This document shows, piece by piece, positions 40,232 to 52,588 of a stretch of DNA of 64,000 nucleotides. The DNA is from Eledone cirrhosa (Eukaryota): positions 45,322,001 through 45,386,000 of the forward strand of contig OZ024753.1 in NCBI GenBank assembly GCA_964016885.1, written 5' to 3'. Numbering within the stretch: the first letter of the stretch is position 1; each line of letters begins with the position of its first letter. The notes beneath the pieces were generated by a model. That model was not told the origin of the DNA. It saw only the letters and a list, made by a program, of their open reading frames with translations, and ran no database searches. A program made the position numbers and the translations under genes.

Positions 40232-41311
40232 GATAGTTAGATAAATATACACAGGTGTGTATGATTGTGTATAGAAGATTATATTAATAAAAGGAATTCC
40301 AACTTTGTCTGATTTACTGTTTTATTTACAATCCTTTAAAATGTATAATGGTATTATAATGAAATATTATGGTAGAATATTAAATGTTAAGTGTTAATTG
40401 AACAAGTACTTTCATGCTTTCGCAATCTTCAGGTTCACATTCTGTGGTGACAGTCAAGTGAAAATTTTCCACAGTTGAAAATTGCAAACTTGACTGTCAC
40501 CACAGAATGTGAACCTGAAGATTGCGAAAGCATGAAAGTACTTGTTCAATTAACACTTAACATTTAATATTCTACCATACTATTTCATTATAATACCATT
40601 ATACATTTTAAAGGATTGTAAATAAAACAGTAAATCAGACAAAGTTGGAATTCCTCTTATTAATATCATCATCATCATCATCAACGTTTAACGTCCGTGT
40701 TCCACGCTCGCATGGGTTTGGACGGGGGTATTCCCACTTGAGGCAAGAGTGATTGTCTTGCTCGCATAGGACTGTCTGGCAGGTTTTCTACAGTTGGATG
40801 CCCTTCCTAACACCAACCACATTTACAGTGTGGGTCTGGGAGGTTTTTACCGTGTTGCCTACACGGCCACATTACAGCGTGGACTGTGTGTTTTTTTGTC
40901 GTGACACCTACACGATCTCATTTGTTTCGGCCTGGATGGCGCGGCACCAACATAACTTTACATAGAACGGGGTGGTGTGGATGGAGTGGGGGTGGTGGGA
41001 CGGAGGTGGGGGTGGGGGTATTTTGTTAGAGATGCCTACTGGCTGTAGTAGGTTTTACTATATATATTTAGGTAAGGCGGGTCTTCTCTGTTACTGAGTA
41101 CCGCCAAAGGTCTCGGTCCAGTGACATTATATATATATATATATATATATAGGAAAAAGTATGACCCTGATTTAGTCCAGAAATAGCCTTCAAAACGTTT
41201 TTAGCTCTGCTGTCGGGGTCATACTTTTTCCTATTACCCACTCTACTACCCTAGGGTATTGAGTACTCTGGTGCGTTATGGTCCATCTGGTTCCTTACCA
41301 CAATTCCTTTG

Positions 41312-41348
<37 letters not shown>

Positions 41349-41473
41349 ATGTGTCTGTATATATATATATATGTATCTATATATGTATGTATCTGTGTAT
41401 ATATATATATATGTATATGTATGTATATATATGTATGTATGTATATATGTATGTATATATATATGTATATATG

Positions 41474-41504
<31 letters not shown>

Positions 41505-41577
41505 ATATGTATGTATATATATATGTATATATGTATGTGTGTGTGTGTGTGTGTATGTGTCTGTATATATATATATG

Positions 41578-41609
<32 letters not shown>

Positions 41610-41811
41610 TGTATGCATGTATATATCTATGTATATGTATATATGGGTGTATGTATATATATATGTATATGTATGTATGTATATATATGTATGTATGTAT
41701 ATGTATGTATATATATGTATATATGTATGTATATATGTATGTATATGTATGTGTGTATGTATGTATATATGTATGTATATATATGTATATATGTATGTAT
41801 GTATATATATG

Positions 41812-41850
<39 letters not shown>

Positions 41851-41901
41851 GTATTAGTATGTATGTATATATATGTATATATATGTATATATGTATGTAT
41901 G

Positions 41902-41934
<33 letters not shown>

Positions 41935-44900
41935 ATATATATATGTATGTATGTCAGGTCATCACTTGGTGCTACTGGTAACATGTATCCCAGTACAACC
42001 TGTCTCGTGGTCGGGTCGTTGGCGACTAAACTGGCAACCCCACCAAGGTTTCTTGGTGAGGAGGGTGACTTTGGACATCCTGCAGGACTAAAAACAAAAC
42101 CTGTCAAAGGGCAAAGGAGCTCTTAAGAGTCAATGGCCATCCAAAATGACCGGGAGAGATGACCCCTTAGCCTTTGTCAAGGCAGAATTCTGGGAGAAGT
42201 AAAACTGATATAACACCTGCAACCCTGATGGTATCCAATGATGTTGACTTGTTCTTCTTTTTGGTAAATATCATCTTGGTTAAGAGAGTGGGACTGGCTT
42301 TGTGCAGTGCCTTTGCTCACTATAAAAGCTTCACGGCACAGGCATTGGTTTATATCTGGAGATCTCTCTGCACTTGTCGTCACATGGTACAATGGGCCCA
42401 GCACTATGTGTCAATAATTGTCACAAGTGTAGTGTTTGTACCAGAGTTTTCAAGTCGCCGGCTGGACTAAAAAGTCACACTCGTTCAGCACATCGGTAGG
42501 GGTTCTCCTACATGGATATAAAGTAGTGGCCGTACTCGAAAACGAGTTGGCAGCCACCATATGTATGTATATATGTATGTATGTATATATATGTATGTAT
42601 ATGTATGTATGTATATATATGTATATATATATGTATGTGTGTATGTATATATATGTATGTGTGTATGTATGTATATATATGTATGTGTGTATGTATGTAT
42701 ATATATGTATGTGTGTATGTATGTATATATATGTATGTGTGTATGCAGTTGATAGTGAAAGTAGCTACATGTGACTAATGATAAAAAATAGAAAAGGTAA
42801 AAAAAACAGGCAACAACAACAACAACAACATTTGTTGTTGTTGTTGTTGTATGATTTTCTAATTGGGAAATCACTGATCCAAACCAGACACCAAACACTA
42901 CAGATAGTTTAGACGTTGCAGTGGTGGTGGTGGTTGTGGTGGTGGTGGTGGTGGTGGTGGTGGTAGTGGTGGTGGTGGTAGTGGTGGTGGTGGTGGTGGT
43001 GGTATTGGTGGTGGTGGTTGCAGTGGTTGTGGTGGTGGTGGTGGTGGTGGTGGTGGTGGTTACAGTGGTTGTGGTGGTGGTGGTGGTGGTAGTGGTTGTG
43101 GTGGTATTGGTGGTGGTGGTTGCAGTGGTTGTGGTGGTGGTGGTGGTGGTTGTGGTATTAGTAGTAGTGGTGGTGGTAGTGGTGGTGGTGGTAATGGTTG
43201 TGGTGGTGGTTGCAGTGGTTGTGTGGTGGTGGTGGTGGTAGTGGTGGTGGTGGTATTGGTGGTGGTGGTTGCAGTGGTTACAGTGGTTGTGGTGGTAGTG
43301 GTTGTGGTGGTGGTGGTGGTGGTTGTGGTGGTGGTGGTGGTGGTTGTGGTGGTGGGGGTAGTGGTGGTGGTGAGTGGGGTGTGTGTGTGATTATGGTAGT
43401 TGTGGTGGTGCTGGTTGTATTTATGGTGATTTGTGTGGTGTTGGTGGTGGTGTGGTGTCAGTGGTGGTGGTGTGGTGTCAGTGGTGGTGGTGGTGTCGTG
43501 TGTGTTGTAGTGTGGTAAATAGTGGGGCGGTGTGTAATGGTGGTGGTATGAGGAGGTGTGTAGTGGTATGTGGTGTGGAGGTGTGGTATCTAATGGTGGC
43601 GTAGTGGTGGTGTGGTGGTGGTGTGGTGTAGTGGTGTGGTGTGTGTTGTGTAATGTTATGTAGTGGTGGTATGGGGAGGTGTGTAGTGGTGTGTGGTGTA
43701 GTGGTGCTGTGGTGTGGTGTAGTGGTGTGGTGGTGTGGTGGTGGTGTGGTGTGGTGTGGTGGTGTAGTGGTGTGGTGGTGCTGTGGTGTGGTGTAGTGGT
43801 GTAACGGTGTGGTGGTGTGGTGTGTCTGTCTTTTGAGGTGTGTAGGAGATAAATCCCTGAGAGAGTAGTTAAAGACATCTTCAGGTTTTAATGATCTTGC
43901 TTCATCGAGGAAGACAGCAGCCATTACAACAACAACAACAACAGCAGTTGGTATAATGTGGTGGGGGTGGGGGTGGGGAGAGCCATTGCTGCAACAACAG
44001 TTGGCATAATGTGTGATGGTGGTGGTGATGGTGATTGTTATTAGGATGATGAAAATGGTGACGGTGATGATGATGATGACTATGGTGTTGATGATGATGA
44101 CAGTGGTGATGGTGATGATGGCGGTGATGACAGTGGTGACGGTGTCAGTGATGATGATGATGGCGGTGATGGTGATGATGATGAGACAGTGGTGATGATG
44201 ATGACAATTTATTAGTTCCAATTAGGGACTAAGTTGCTAAGACTTCCTTCTTCTCCCACTTTCTACCCCATCTCTCTCAATTCCCTTCCAACTTGTTACC
44301 TTGGTAATTCAACCCACTTCCCTTTCTTATATATGTGGTACCAATAATAACTCTTCCCCACACGAAACCATGGTAGGCAGATATATAACTAATATATTAC
44401 TCTTTAACATTTACATTTCTCTATATTTACTATTGTATTTTTGTGGTAAAGGCTTTACCTCACATAATATCGAATCTATGAGATTTTGATATTATTTATT
44501 TTGAGAATAATACCTTAACATAAGTAGGAGCAGCCAGTTACAGCCAGTTTGAACAGAAAGTGGTGAGAGAATTCTGGCCAGATACAGCCGGTTTAAACAC
44601 TAAAGGGATAATGTTGCTTCTCCGAGAGATTTCTTTCATTGAGATGTTTCGGTATTAGAGACTAATTAACCTTTAATTAATATATATACAACATAGAAAA
44701 CAATAAAATTTTTGTCTAATGCATTTAATTGCTAACGATCGTTTCTTCCAGACAACTGTCTGGAATCATCAGAGCATATACAATGTTAAAATGAATAAAT
44801 TCCTAATCCTAATTTTCTTACTGGTAATTGGGTGATACACAATATTACCCTTATCTTCTTTATAATTATATATAGATTATATATAAGTATAAATATTATT

Positions 44901-45065
44901 ATTACTATTAAATATATATGTAGGTAGTGTTTGTATTATATATTGTGTTATTGTTTTTTCCAGAAAGAAGAGACTGGTGTGAAGACAACATATACCCAAA
45001 ATCCAAGATCAATGCTGCAATACCAGTATGAAAGTGTGTTCTTTGTTGCTCGAAAACCAGCCTAA
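14443..45065 (+). CDS. CARNMT1: Carnosine N-methyltransferase (N2227-like SAM-dependent methyltransferase), complete, 8 exons, 1098 nt / 365 aa
   Basis: Exons: 14443-14528, 18878-19079, 21558-21727, 23385-23525, 25344-25522, 28733-28846, 40028-40131, 44964-45065. Motifs [65 protein letters not shown]. Confidence 0.96.
16080..16900. repeat. ~62-bp pyrimidine-rich minisatellite
   Basis: CCCCTCATGGATATACACTCTCTTTC...CACGTACACATACATTC units. Confidence 0.9.
18310..18820. repeat. 29-bp minisatellite (CCAGATGTAGTAGTATGTCTGGTAGTTGA)n
   Basis: About 17 near-identical units. Confidence 0.95.
18878..19079 (+). CDS. CARNMT1: CARNMT1 exon 2 ([12 protein letters not shown]...[13 protein letters not shown])
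   Basis: cag/gtaagt sites. Confidence 0.93.
21558..21727 (+). CDS. CARNMT1: CARNMT1 exon 3 (...[27 protein letters not shown]...)
   Basis: cag/gtaagt sites. Confidence 0.94.
23385..23525 (+). CDS. CARNMT1: CARNMT1 exon 4 (SAM-binding [11 protein letters not shown]...QGNEWS)
   Basis: cag/gtatgt sites. Confidence 0.95.
25344..25522 (+). CDS. CARNMT1: CARNMT1 exon 5 (KLYPWIHQ...FPDVNP...[12 protein letters not shown])
   Basis: tag/gtaagt sites. Confidence 0.95.
26090..26490. repeat. 36-bp minisatellite (CCTCCCTCCACACCTCACCACCACCTCTACACTATA)n
   Basis: Direct inspection. Confidence 0.9.
28733..28846 (+). CDS. CARNMT1: CARNMT1 exon 6 ([15 protein letters not shown]...[10 protein letters not shown])
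   Basis: tag/gtaaga sites. Confidence 0.95.
29676..30022 (+). mobile_element. tRNA-derived CORE-SINE with RTE-like 3' tail
   Basis: TGGCTAAGTGGTTAGAGC...GAGTTCAATTC; CORE CCTTGAGCAAGACACTTTATTTCAC; AGGAAGGGCATCCAGC tail. Related fragments at ~6100-6365, 20510-20760, 24590-24840, 47980-48270. Confidence 0.8.
30791..30962 (+). repeat. Interstitial degenerate telomeric (TTAGGG)n tract
   Basis: About 170 bp of TTAGGG/CTAGGG variants in CARNMT1 intron 6. Confidence 0.85.
34898..35792 (+). mobile_element. Tx1/L1-clade LINE 3' fragment with zf-RVT domain
   Basis: [10 protein letters not shown]...CPRC...[10 protein letters not shown]...W zinc knuckle; frameshift near 35370; AATAAA plus (ATT)n tail. 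Confidence 0.85.
40028..40131 (+). CDS. CARNMT1: CARNMT1 exon 7 ([35 protein letters not shown])
   Basis: cag/gtaaat sites. Confidence 0.95.
40510..40548 (+). ncRNA. Minimal hammerhead-like motif within a 179-bp inverted repeat
   Basis: UGAAC-CUGAAGA-U-UGC(GAAA)GCA-U-GAAAG-UA-CUU^GUUCA. Confidence 0.58.
41953..42560 (+). mobile_element. RTE-derived non-autonomous element with C2H2 zinc-finger remnant; second, 5'-truncated copy at 52158-52416
   Basis: Near-identical 3' 260 bp in both copies; [22 protein letters not shown] at 42428-42499 and 52285-52356; terminal stem-loop followed by (TATG)n. Confidence 0.65.
44730..44776 (-). ncRNA. Minimal type I hammerhead ribozyme motif (intact core)
   Basis: UGCU-CUGAUGA-UUCCAGAC(AGUU)GUCUGGAA-GAAAC-GAUC-GUU^AGCA. 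Confidence 0.8.
44964..45065 (+). CDS. CARNMT1: CARNMT1 exon 8 ([33 protein letters not shown])
   Basis: cag acceptor; TAA stop at 45063-45065. Confidence 0.94.
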   Translation, partial: KEETGVKTTYTQNPRSMLQYQYESVFFVARKPA

Positions 45066-46369
45066 GAAAGAAAGAAAATACACACATACACACACACACA
45101 CATATATATATATGTATGTATATATATATATATATTTTTATATATATATATAGAAAGAAAACAACACAAAATATAACTACTCCATTACCAAAGGTTTCTG
45201 GATCACAGACGATAATAATATATATGTCTGGATTGGCCGTCAGATACAAATATATACAAATACACACAAAACACACACACAACAGCAACAATATACACAT
45301 ATATATATATATATATAAATACACACAAAACACACTCACAACAGCAACATATACACACATATATATATATATATATATAAATACACACAAAACACACACA
45401 CAACAGCAACAATATACACATATATATATATATATACAAATACACACAAAACACACACACAATGACAACGACATACACACATATATATATATATATAAAT
45501 ACACACAAAACACACACACAATAGCAACAACATACACATATATATATATATATATATACAAATACACACAAAACACACACACAATGACAATGACATACAC
45601 ACATATATATATATATAAATACACACAAAACACACACACAATAGCAACAACATATACACATATATATATATATATACAAATACACACAAAACACACACAC
45701 AATGACAATGACATACACACATATATATATATATATATAAATACACACAAAACACACACACAACAGCAACATATACACATATATATATATATATACAAAC
45801 ACACACACAATGACAACGACAAGAACTGCGTCTTCTCTCTATCCATTAAAAAAAAAAAAGCAAGCAAAAATGGAAAAAAAAGACCCAACAATTCTTGAAG
45901 CAGGGTTCAAATCTCTGCAGAGATATTTTTCTTCTTTTTTTTTTTAAATTTAAATTTTAAAAGAATTTTCTGTGAAATTTGTGTATTTTTTTGTGTCTCT
46001 CAAACTTTAGCCATAAAACAAAAAAACTATGTTTTTCAAAGAATTTTCTCACAAGGAATTTAAAAAATTGATTAAAAAAAATTAACTAAATAAAAAAATT
46101 AAGAAACCAGCAACATCAGCCTCAACAACAAAATGCAAAGAACCCCCTCCCTACCTACCCCCAAATTTAAACTAAAGAAAAATAATTAATGGTAACTAAA
46201 TAAATAAAAAAAAAAATATAATAATAATTATAATAATTTAAGAACACAAAATAAAATAAAAAAAATAATTGGGTTTTTTTGGTGACAAATTATTTGAATA
46301 TTTTAGGGAGGAGTGGGGCAAAAGGATTTTTTGGATTATCCCACTGAAAAGTTTCAGTTTGATGTATAT

Positions 46370-47045
46370 GTGTGTATGGTGGTAGTGGTGAGGTTGTGTG
46401 TCTGTCTCTGTGTGAGTATGGTGGTAGTGCTGAGGTTGTGTCTGCCTCTGTGTGTATGGTGGTAGTGCTGAGGTTGTGTCTGCCTCTGTGTGTGTATGGT
46501 GGTAGTGGCTGAGGTTGTGTTTGCCTCTGTGTGTATGGTGGTAGTGGTGAGGTTGTGTGTCTGCCTATGTGTGTGTATGGTGGTAGTGCTGAGGTTGTGT
46601 CTGCCTCTGTGTGTGTGTCTGTGTATGGTGGTAGTGGTGAGGTTGTGTGTCTGCCTCTGTGTGAGTATGGTGGTAGTGCTGAGGTTGTGTCTGCCTCTGT
46701 GTGTGTATGGTGGTAGTGGCTGAGGTTGTGTTTGCCTCTGTGTGTGTATGGTGGTAGTACTGAGGTTGTCTGTCTCTGTGTGTGTGTGTATGGTGGTAGT
46801 GCTGAGGTTGTGTCTGCCTCTAGTGAGTATGGTGGTAGTGCTGAGGTTGTGTCTGCCTCTGTGTGTGTATGGTGGTAGTGGCTGAGGTTGTGTTTGCCTC
46901 TGTGTGTGTGTGTGTATTGGTGGTAGTGCTGAGGTTGTGTCTGCCTCTGTGTGTGTGTATATAGTGGTAGTGGTAAGGTTGTGTGTCTGCCTCTGTATGT
47001 GTATGGTGGTACTGCTGAGGTTGTGTTTGCCTCTGTGTGTGTGTG
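46370..47045. repeat. ~40-bp minisatellite (GTATGGTGGTAGTGCTGAGGTTGTGTCTGCCTCTGTGT)n
   Basis: Direct inspection. Confidence 0.9.
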
Positions 47046-48134
47046 TGTACATGTGTGCATGTGAATTTTCTCACTGTTGTTCAACCTCCAGGTCAGCTCT
47101 TCTGATAGATCAAAGCTATAAGAAGCATTAGCATTCCAACTGTGACCATCTCATTTAATAGACCCAGTCCCTGCTATAATTACTCCTTACCTTGCTATAA
47201 TTACTCCCTTCTCAGATTGTTATACACTGACAGTAACAATGAAAACAGAAATGTTTATATTTAGAGAAGTATGGGGACCCAGTAGTGTGTGTATTTCAAA
47301 ATTTCAAATACTTTTACCAAAGTATTTGAAATTTTGAACTTAGTATATTTATAGACCTTGAGGGGTCTGTGAATTCCTGATTGGGAACCCTTGGCATAGA
47401 GGCTCCGGTGTTGGCTCGAGACCCCCTCTATAGGTAAAGTCCCAGTGAATTCAGGGCCCCCTCTATTGGTAAAGTCATGGATAATTCTGAGACCCCCCTC
47501 TATAGGTAAATCCCTGCCAATTCAGAGAGTCACTCTATAGGTAAAGGCCCAGCTGGGTGACTTCTGGTCTTTGATAACATCTGTGACATGGAACGAGAGG
47601 AGACTGGCATGCTTGGGTGACTTATAGTCTTTCATAACATCTGTGACATGGAGAGAGAGGAGACTGGCATGCTTGGGTGACTTCTGGTCTTCCACAAAAA
47701 CACCTTGCCCAGGCTTGTTTCTTGGTGAGGGACTTTTCAGATTCAAACCTATAGCCCTTCATAACCAAAGGGTACCTGTGCTGTAATGGTTGGCAGAGTC
47801 AGTGGAGCATCAGACAAAATAATGTCAACTGGTAAAAAAAAAAAGAAGCAAGAAAAATGACAAAAAAATTTAATAAAAATTTTTTGTTTGTTTATTGTGT
47901 GTGTGTGTATGTGAAAATGTGTGTGTGAAGGTGTGTGTCTGTGAAACGTGTGTGTATATGTATGGGAAGGTGTATGACTGTTGTTGCGTCCTTGAGCAAG
48001 ATACTATATTTTATGTTGCTCCAGTCTACTCAGCTGGTAAAAATGAATTCTACTTTAATTGAAAGGGTCAGCTATGTTACATCATGTGAACACTGAATCT
48101 TCCTGACAATTATGTTACGAATACACGTGTCTGT

Positions 48135-48198
<64 letters not shown>

Positions 48199-48615
48199 AA
48201 CCCTTGCAGGCTGTTCTGCTGTTTGAACAACTGGAACAGTCATCTTTAGAACTGATGGAGATCCAACAACGTGTGTGTGTATGTATGTATATGTGTGTAT
48301 GTATGTGTGTGTATGTATGTATGTATGTATGTATGTGTGTATGTATGTTTTAATATAGATTAATCTGTGCTACATGTTGGGACAGTTTTTATATGAAATT
48401 TGTAACATGTAAATTTATTTTTATTTATTTTTTGCTGCCATGCTGTATTTTTGTGTTTTTTTTTAATTTTTTTCTGATATGTTCCTCTTCTTCCTCATCT
48501 TCATCTTTTGATTCATAATAAAACAAACAAAACTCTTTTGAGAAAAAAAACAACAAGTTTGTGTGTATCTATGTATATATGTTTGTATGTGAGTACATAT
48601 ATGTCTATATATCTA

Positions 48616-48658
<43 letters not shown>

Positions 48659-48904
48659 CAATATTAACAAATGGAAACTATATTTATAAAACCATATTTA
48701 TTTCATTATACATATTTCAAGGACACCAAGTTGAATTATGGTGTGCTTTCATCAGATAAAATATAATATAGAGCAGTTTTATAAATAAATATTGACATAC
48801 CCTTAAAGAATGCGACCATTACTGTTGGAAGCTCCCGGATAGTCAGTAATGGTTGCATTCTTTAAGGGTATGTCAATATTTATTTATAAAACTGCTCTAT
48901 ATTA

Positions 48905-48969
48905 TATTTTATCTGATGAAAGCACACCATAATTTAACTTGGTGTCCTTGAAATATGTATAATGAAATA
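48905..48969 (+). ncRNA. Type I hammerhead ribozyme motif within a 170-bp inverted repeat
   Basis: UAUUUUAU-CUGAUGA-AAG-C-ACACCA...UGGUGU-C-CUU-GAAAU-AUGU-AUA^AUGAAAUA. Confidence 0.68.
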
Positions 48970-49096
48970 AATATGGTTTTATAAATATAGTTTCCATTTG
49001 TTAATATCGTATTTTTACTCCAATTATTTGTTGAGTGCTTTATATCAGTTATAAAAATATTTGCTTGTTGCATCCCAACAATTTAAATAGAACTTT

Positions 49097-49148
<52 letters not shown>

Positions 49149-50306
49149 AATTGAAGTTTAGTAAAATCGAAGCTTTGGAATTATGCAGCCAAGCACTCAA
49201 TGAGAAAGCTCAGAGTAATAACTGTTTCTACTTTAGGCACAAGGCCAGCAATTACCCAGTGCATTACTGGTACTTTATTTTATCGACCCCGTAAGGATGA
49301 AAGGCAAAGTCAACCTCGGCGGGATTTGAACTCAGATCGTAAAGGGACGTAACTATGCTGGAAAGAATGCCCTCAGAGTAATAACATCTGTTAGACGGCA
49401 AGACAAATTGAAAACTGTGGCAGGCAAGCCTTAGCCACGACACCGAAGCAATGAAATAACCAATATATATATATGTGTGTCTGTGTATCTAATCTATGTA
49501 TCTGTGTGTATATATATATACATGCACACACATGTATATGTGTGTGTATATGTATACACACACACATGTATATTCATTCTTTGTTGTGATTTTGTCTCAC
49601 ATGTATCTTACCAATTTAGCAGTTCTACAAACTGTTGCACAAAATTGCACGTCCAAAGGTGGCTCATGAGGTACAGTTGTCTCTTCATCTCATCTGATAC
49701 TGCACACTCACACACTTGTATATATATATATATATATTTAAAAATAGAGGTGTGACACACAAGTTGTGATATATTAGTAAAAAGGAAAAGAAAATGCTGA
49801 CAAATTTTTCCCAGTGAAAAATAGTTTAATTAGGAATAAGTATAAATTAGTTTTGAAAAATCACGAGCACTCTATCTCAAAATTATTTTTGAAAAGCATA
49901 AGAAATGCGCAACCAGTAAAAACTTAAAACTAAAACTGAATACTAACTAATACTTATTACTAATTTATACTTATTCCTAATTAAACTATTTTTCACTGGA
50001 AAAAATTTGTCAGCATTTTCTTTTCCTTTTTACTAATATATATGAATATATAAACTACAATTTGTGTATATTACACAGGCATTGAGAAACAGAGGACTGT
50101 AGACTACCAGTAAACTCTATGTGGGTAAAAGTCGACAAAATTTACTTCAATGTCACCAGAATATTCTTGGCTGGGGGAGGTGGTGGGTGGGTGGGGGCTA
50201 ACGATGAACCAATGAAATTACAGAAATGAAATATTTTTGTGATAATTTTGGAAGATAAATGTTATCGTTTCTCAACACAAACCTGCATATATAGATATGT
50301 CTCTGC

Positions 50307-50341
<35 letters not shown>

Positions 50342-51317
50342 CAATTTGTGTGAATATGCTTGTGCATATGCATGTGTGTTTGTGTATGTTCGTGTGTGTA
50401 TATATATATATATATCATTTAACTTCCATTCTTACTGGTAGAGAAGATTAGATATATACACCCAGAGAATCTCTCACACACACATATATGAAGCATAAGA
50501 TATATACATATATATATATGTATATAATCTAAACAGTTTGAAATATCCATATATGGATATGAACTGGAGGCTTAAAATAGGTACTTGATTGGTGATGGTT
50601 AAATGTCAACCAAATCCTTAAAATGAAATTACCGCAAATAGAATTTAGCAGTAACCATCCATAAATTACCATAATTGGATTTTAAGATTGACCAATCAGA
50701 ACCGATTAGATGTCATACCCTCACACTAACAGAGAGAGAGAGAGAGGGTGACTTGATCTTATAGATTCTATCTACCGCGTTAAACTGAGCACAAGATAGT
50801 TTAGCTGAAGGCAATGACAAGACCGACTTATAATCTGAAATAGAATGGTATGTTGACCATAAATATATATAAGATGATTCTCCATGTATATTAATGCTTC
50901 CTAACCTTATATTTAACCCTTTTGATATAAAACTGCCTGAAACCACTCCTGGTTCTACAATACAAAGATGTTTATTTCAAAGTGTTTATATAAAATCCTT
51001 CCATCATAATTTTTGGTAACATAAAATGTATTAACTTGTGGTCCAAACACCAACAAAAATATGAAAAAGTTTGTCATATTAATAAAATCCTTTCAAATTC
51101 TAGATTATTTTCAAAACTATTTGAAAAGTTTGGTCAGAGTTTTTGGTTTGAAATATAATAATTGTGGCTACATTTGGTGCAAGGCAAGCAATTTAAAGGG
51201 AAGGGGGAACAGTTGATTAAATTAACCTCACTATGTTACTGGTACTTTATTTTATCGAACCCTTAAGGATTAAAGGTGAAGTTAACCTCTGTGGGATTTG
51301 AACTCATGTTAGAAATG

Positions 51318-51687
51318 TAATAATTGTTTCTACTTTAGGCACAAGGCCAGCAATTACCCAGTGCATTACTGGTACTTTATTTTATCAACCCCGTAAGGAT
51401 GAAAGGCAAAGTCAACCTCGGCGGGATTTGAACTCAGACCGTAAAGGGACGTAACTATGCTGGAAAGCATGGCGTCCGACCCTCTACCGATACTGCCAAT
51501 CAATAATTGTTTCTACTTTAGGCACAAGGCCAGCAATTACCCAGTGCATTACTGGTACTTTATTTTATCGACCCCGTAAGGATGAAAGGCAAAGTCAACC
51601 TCGGCGGGATTTGAACTCAGATCGTAAAGGGACGTAACTATGCTGGAAAGCATGGCGTCCGACCCTCTACCGATACTGCCAATCAAT
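51318..51687 (-). mobile_element. Tandem pair of tRNA-derived SINEs (Nin/Deu-like central domain)
   Basis: Box A TGGCAGTATCGG, box B GAGTTCAAATCC, GCCTTTCATCCTTACGGGGTCGATAAAATAAAGTACCAG core, (ATT)n tail. Other copies near 5130, 9015, 12395(+), 13488, 15362, 19750, 20290(+), 34811(+), 49217, 51160, 55899, 56282, 57500. Confidence 0.88.
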
Positions 51688-52474
51688 AATGAAAGGTTGA
51701 TATGCCTCTTCCTCATTCAGGTACATAGTCGACCGTATTGTGTACTCCAACTTGTTTACTTTTGTACAGTTTCCATCTAGGAAAGTTCACTCACCAGGTG
51801 TTGGTCCACCTAGGGTTTATATCTGAAGACTATAGTTACCTCTTTGTGGACTGAACCAGAAACCCCAGGGTTGCTAATTGGACTCCTTAAACTACACAAT
51901 CGTGACAGCGTGTATGTATGTATATATGTATGTATGTATATATGTTTCCTCTTTCTCTTAATTTTGAGTATATTTTTTGACCGGCCACCTTCCTGGTGGC
52001 AAGGTTGTAAAAGAAAAGAAATTGTCATCCCTTGAATCGCAAGAATGTTTTGCAAATTTTGAAGGTGCCAGCTATCGCAGCCATTTGTAGACTATGAATT
52101 ATGTATGTATATATATATATATGTATGTATATATATATGTATGTATGTATATATGTATGTGCAGTGCCTTTGCTCACTATAAAAGCTTCACGGCACAGGC
52201 TTTGCTTTATATCTGGAGATCTCTCTGCACTTGTCCTCACATGCTACCATGGGCCCAGCACTATGTGTCAATAATTGTCACAAGTGTAGTGTTTGTACCA
52301 GAGTTTTCAAGTCGCTGGCTGGACTAAAAAGTCACACTCGTTCAGCGCATCGGTAGGGGTTCTCCTACATGGATATAAAGTAGTGGCCGTACTCGAAAAC
52401 GAGTTGGCAGCCACCATATATATGTATGTATGTATGTATATATATATATGTATGTATGTATATATATATGTATG

Positions 52475-52509
<35 letters not shown>

Positions 52510-52540
52510 CTCAAACTTTCTCATCTCTCTCCCTCTCTTG

Positions 52541-52588
<48 letters not shown>

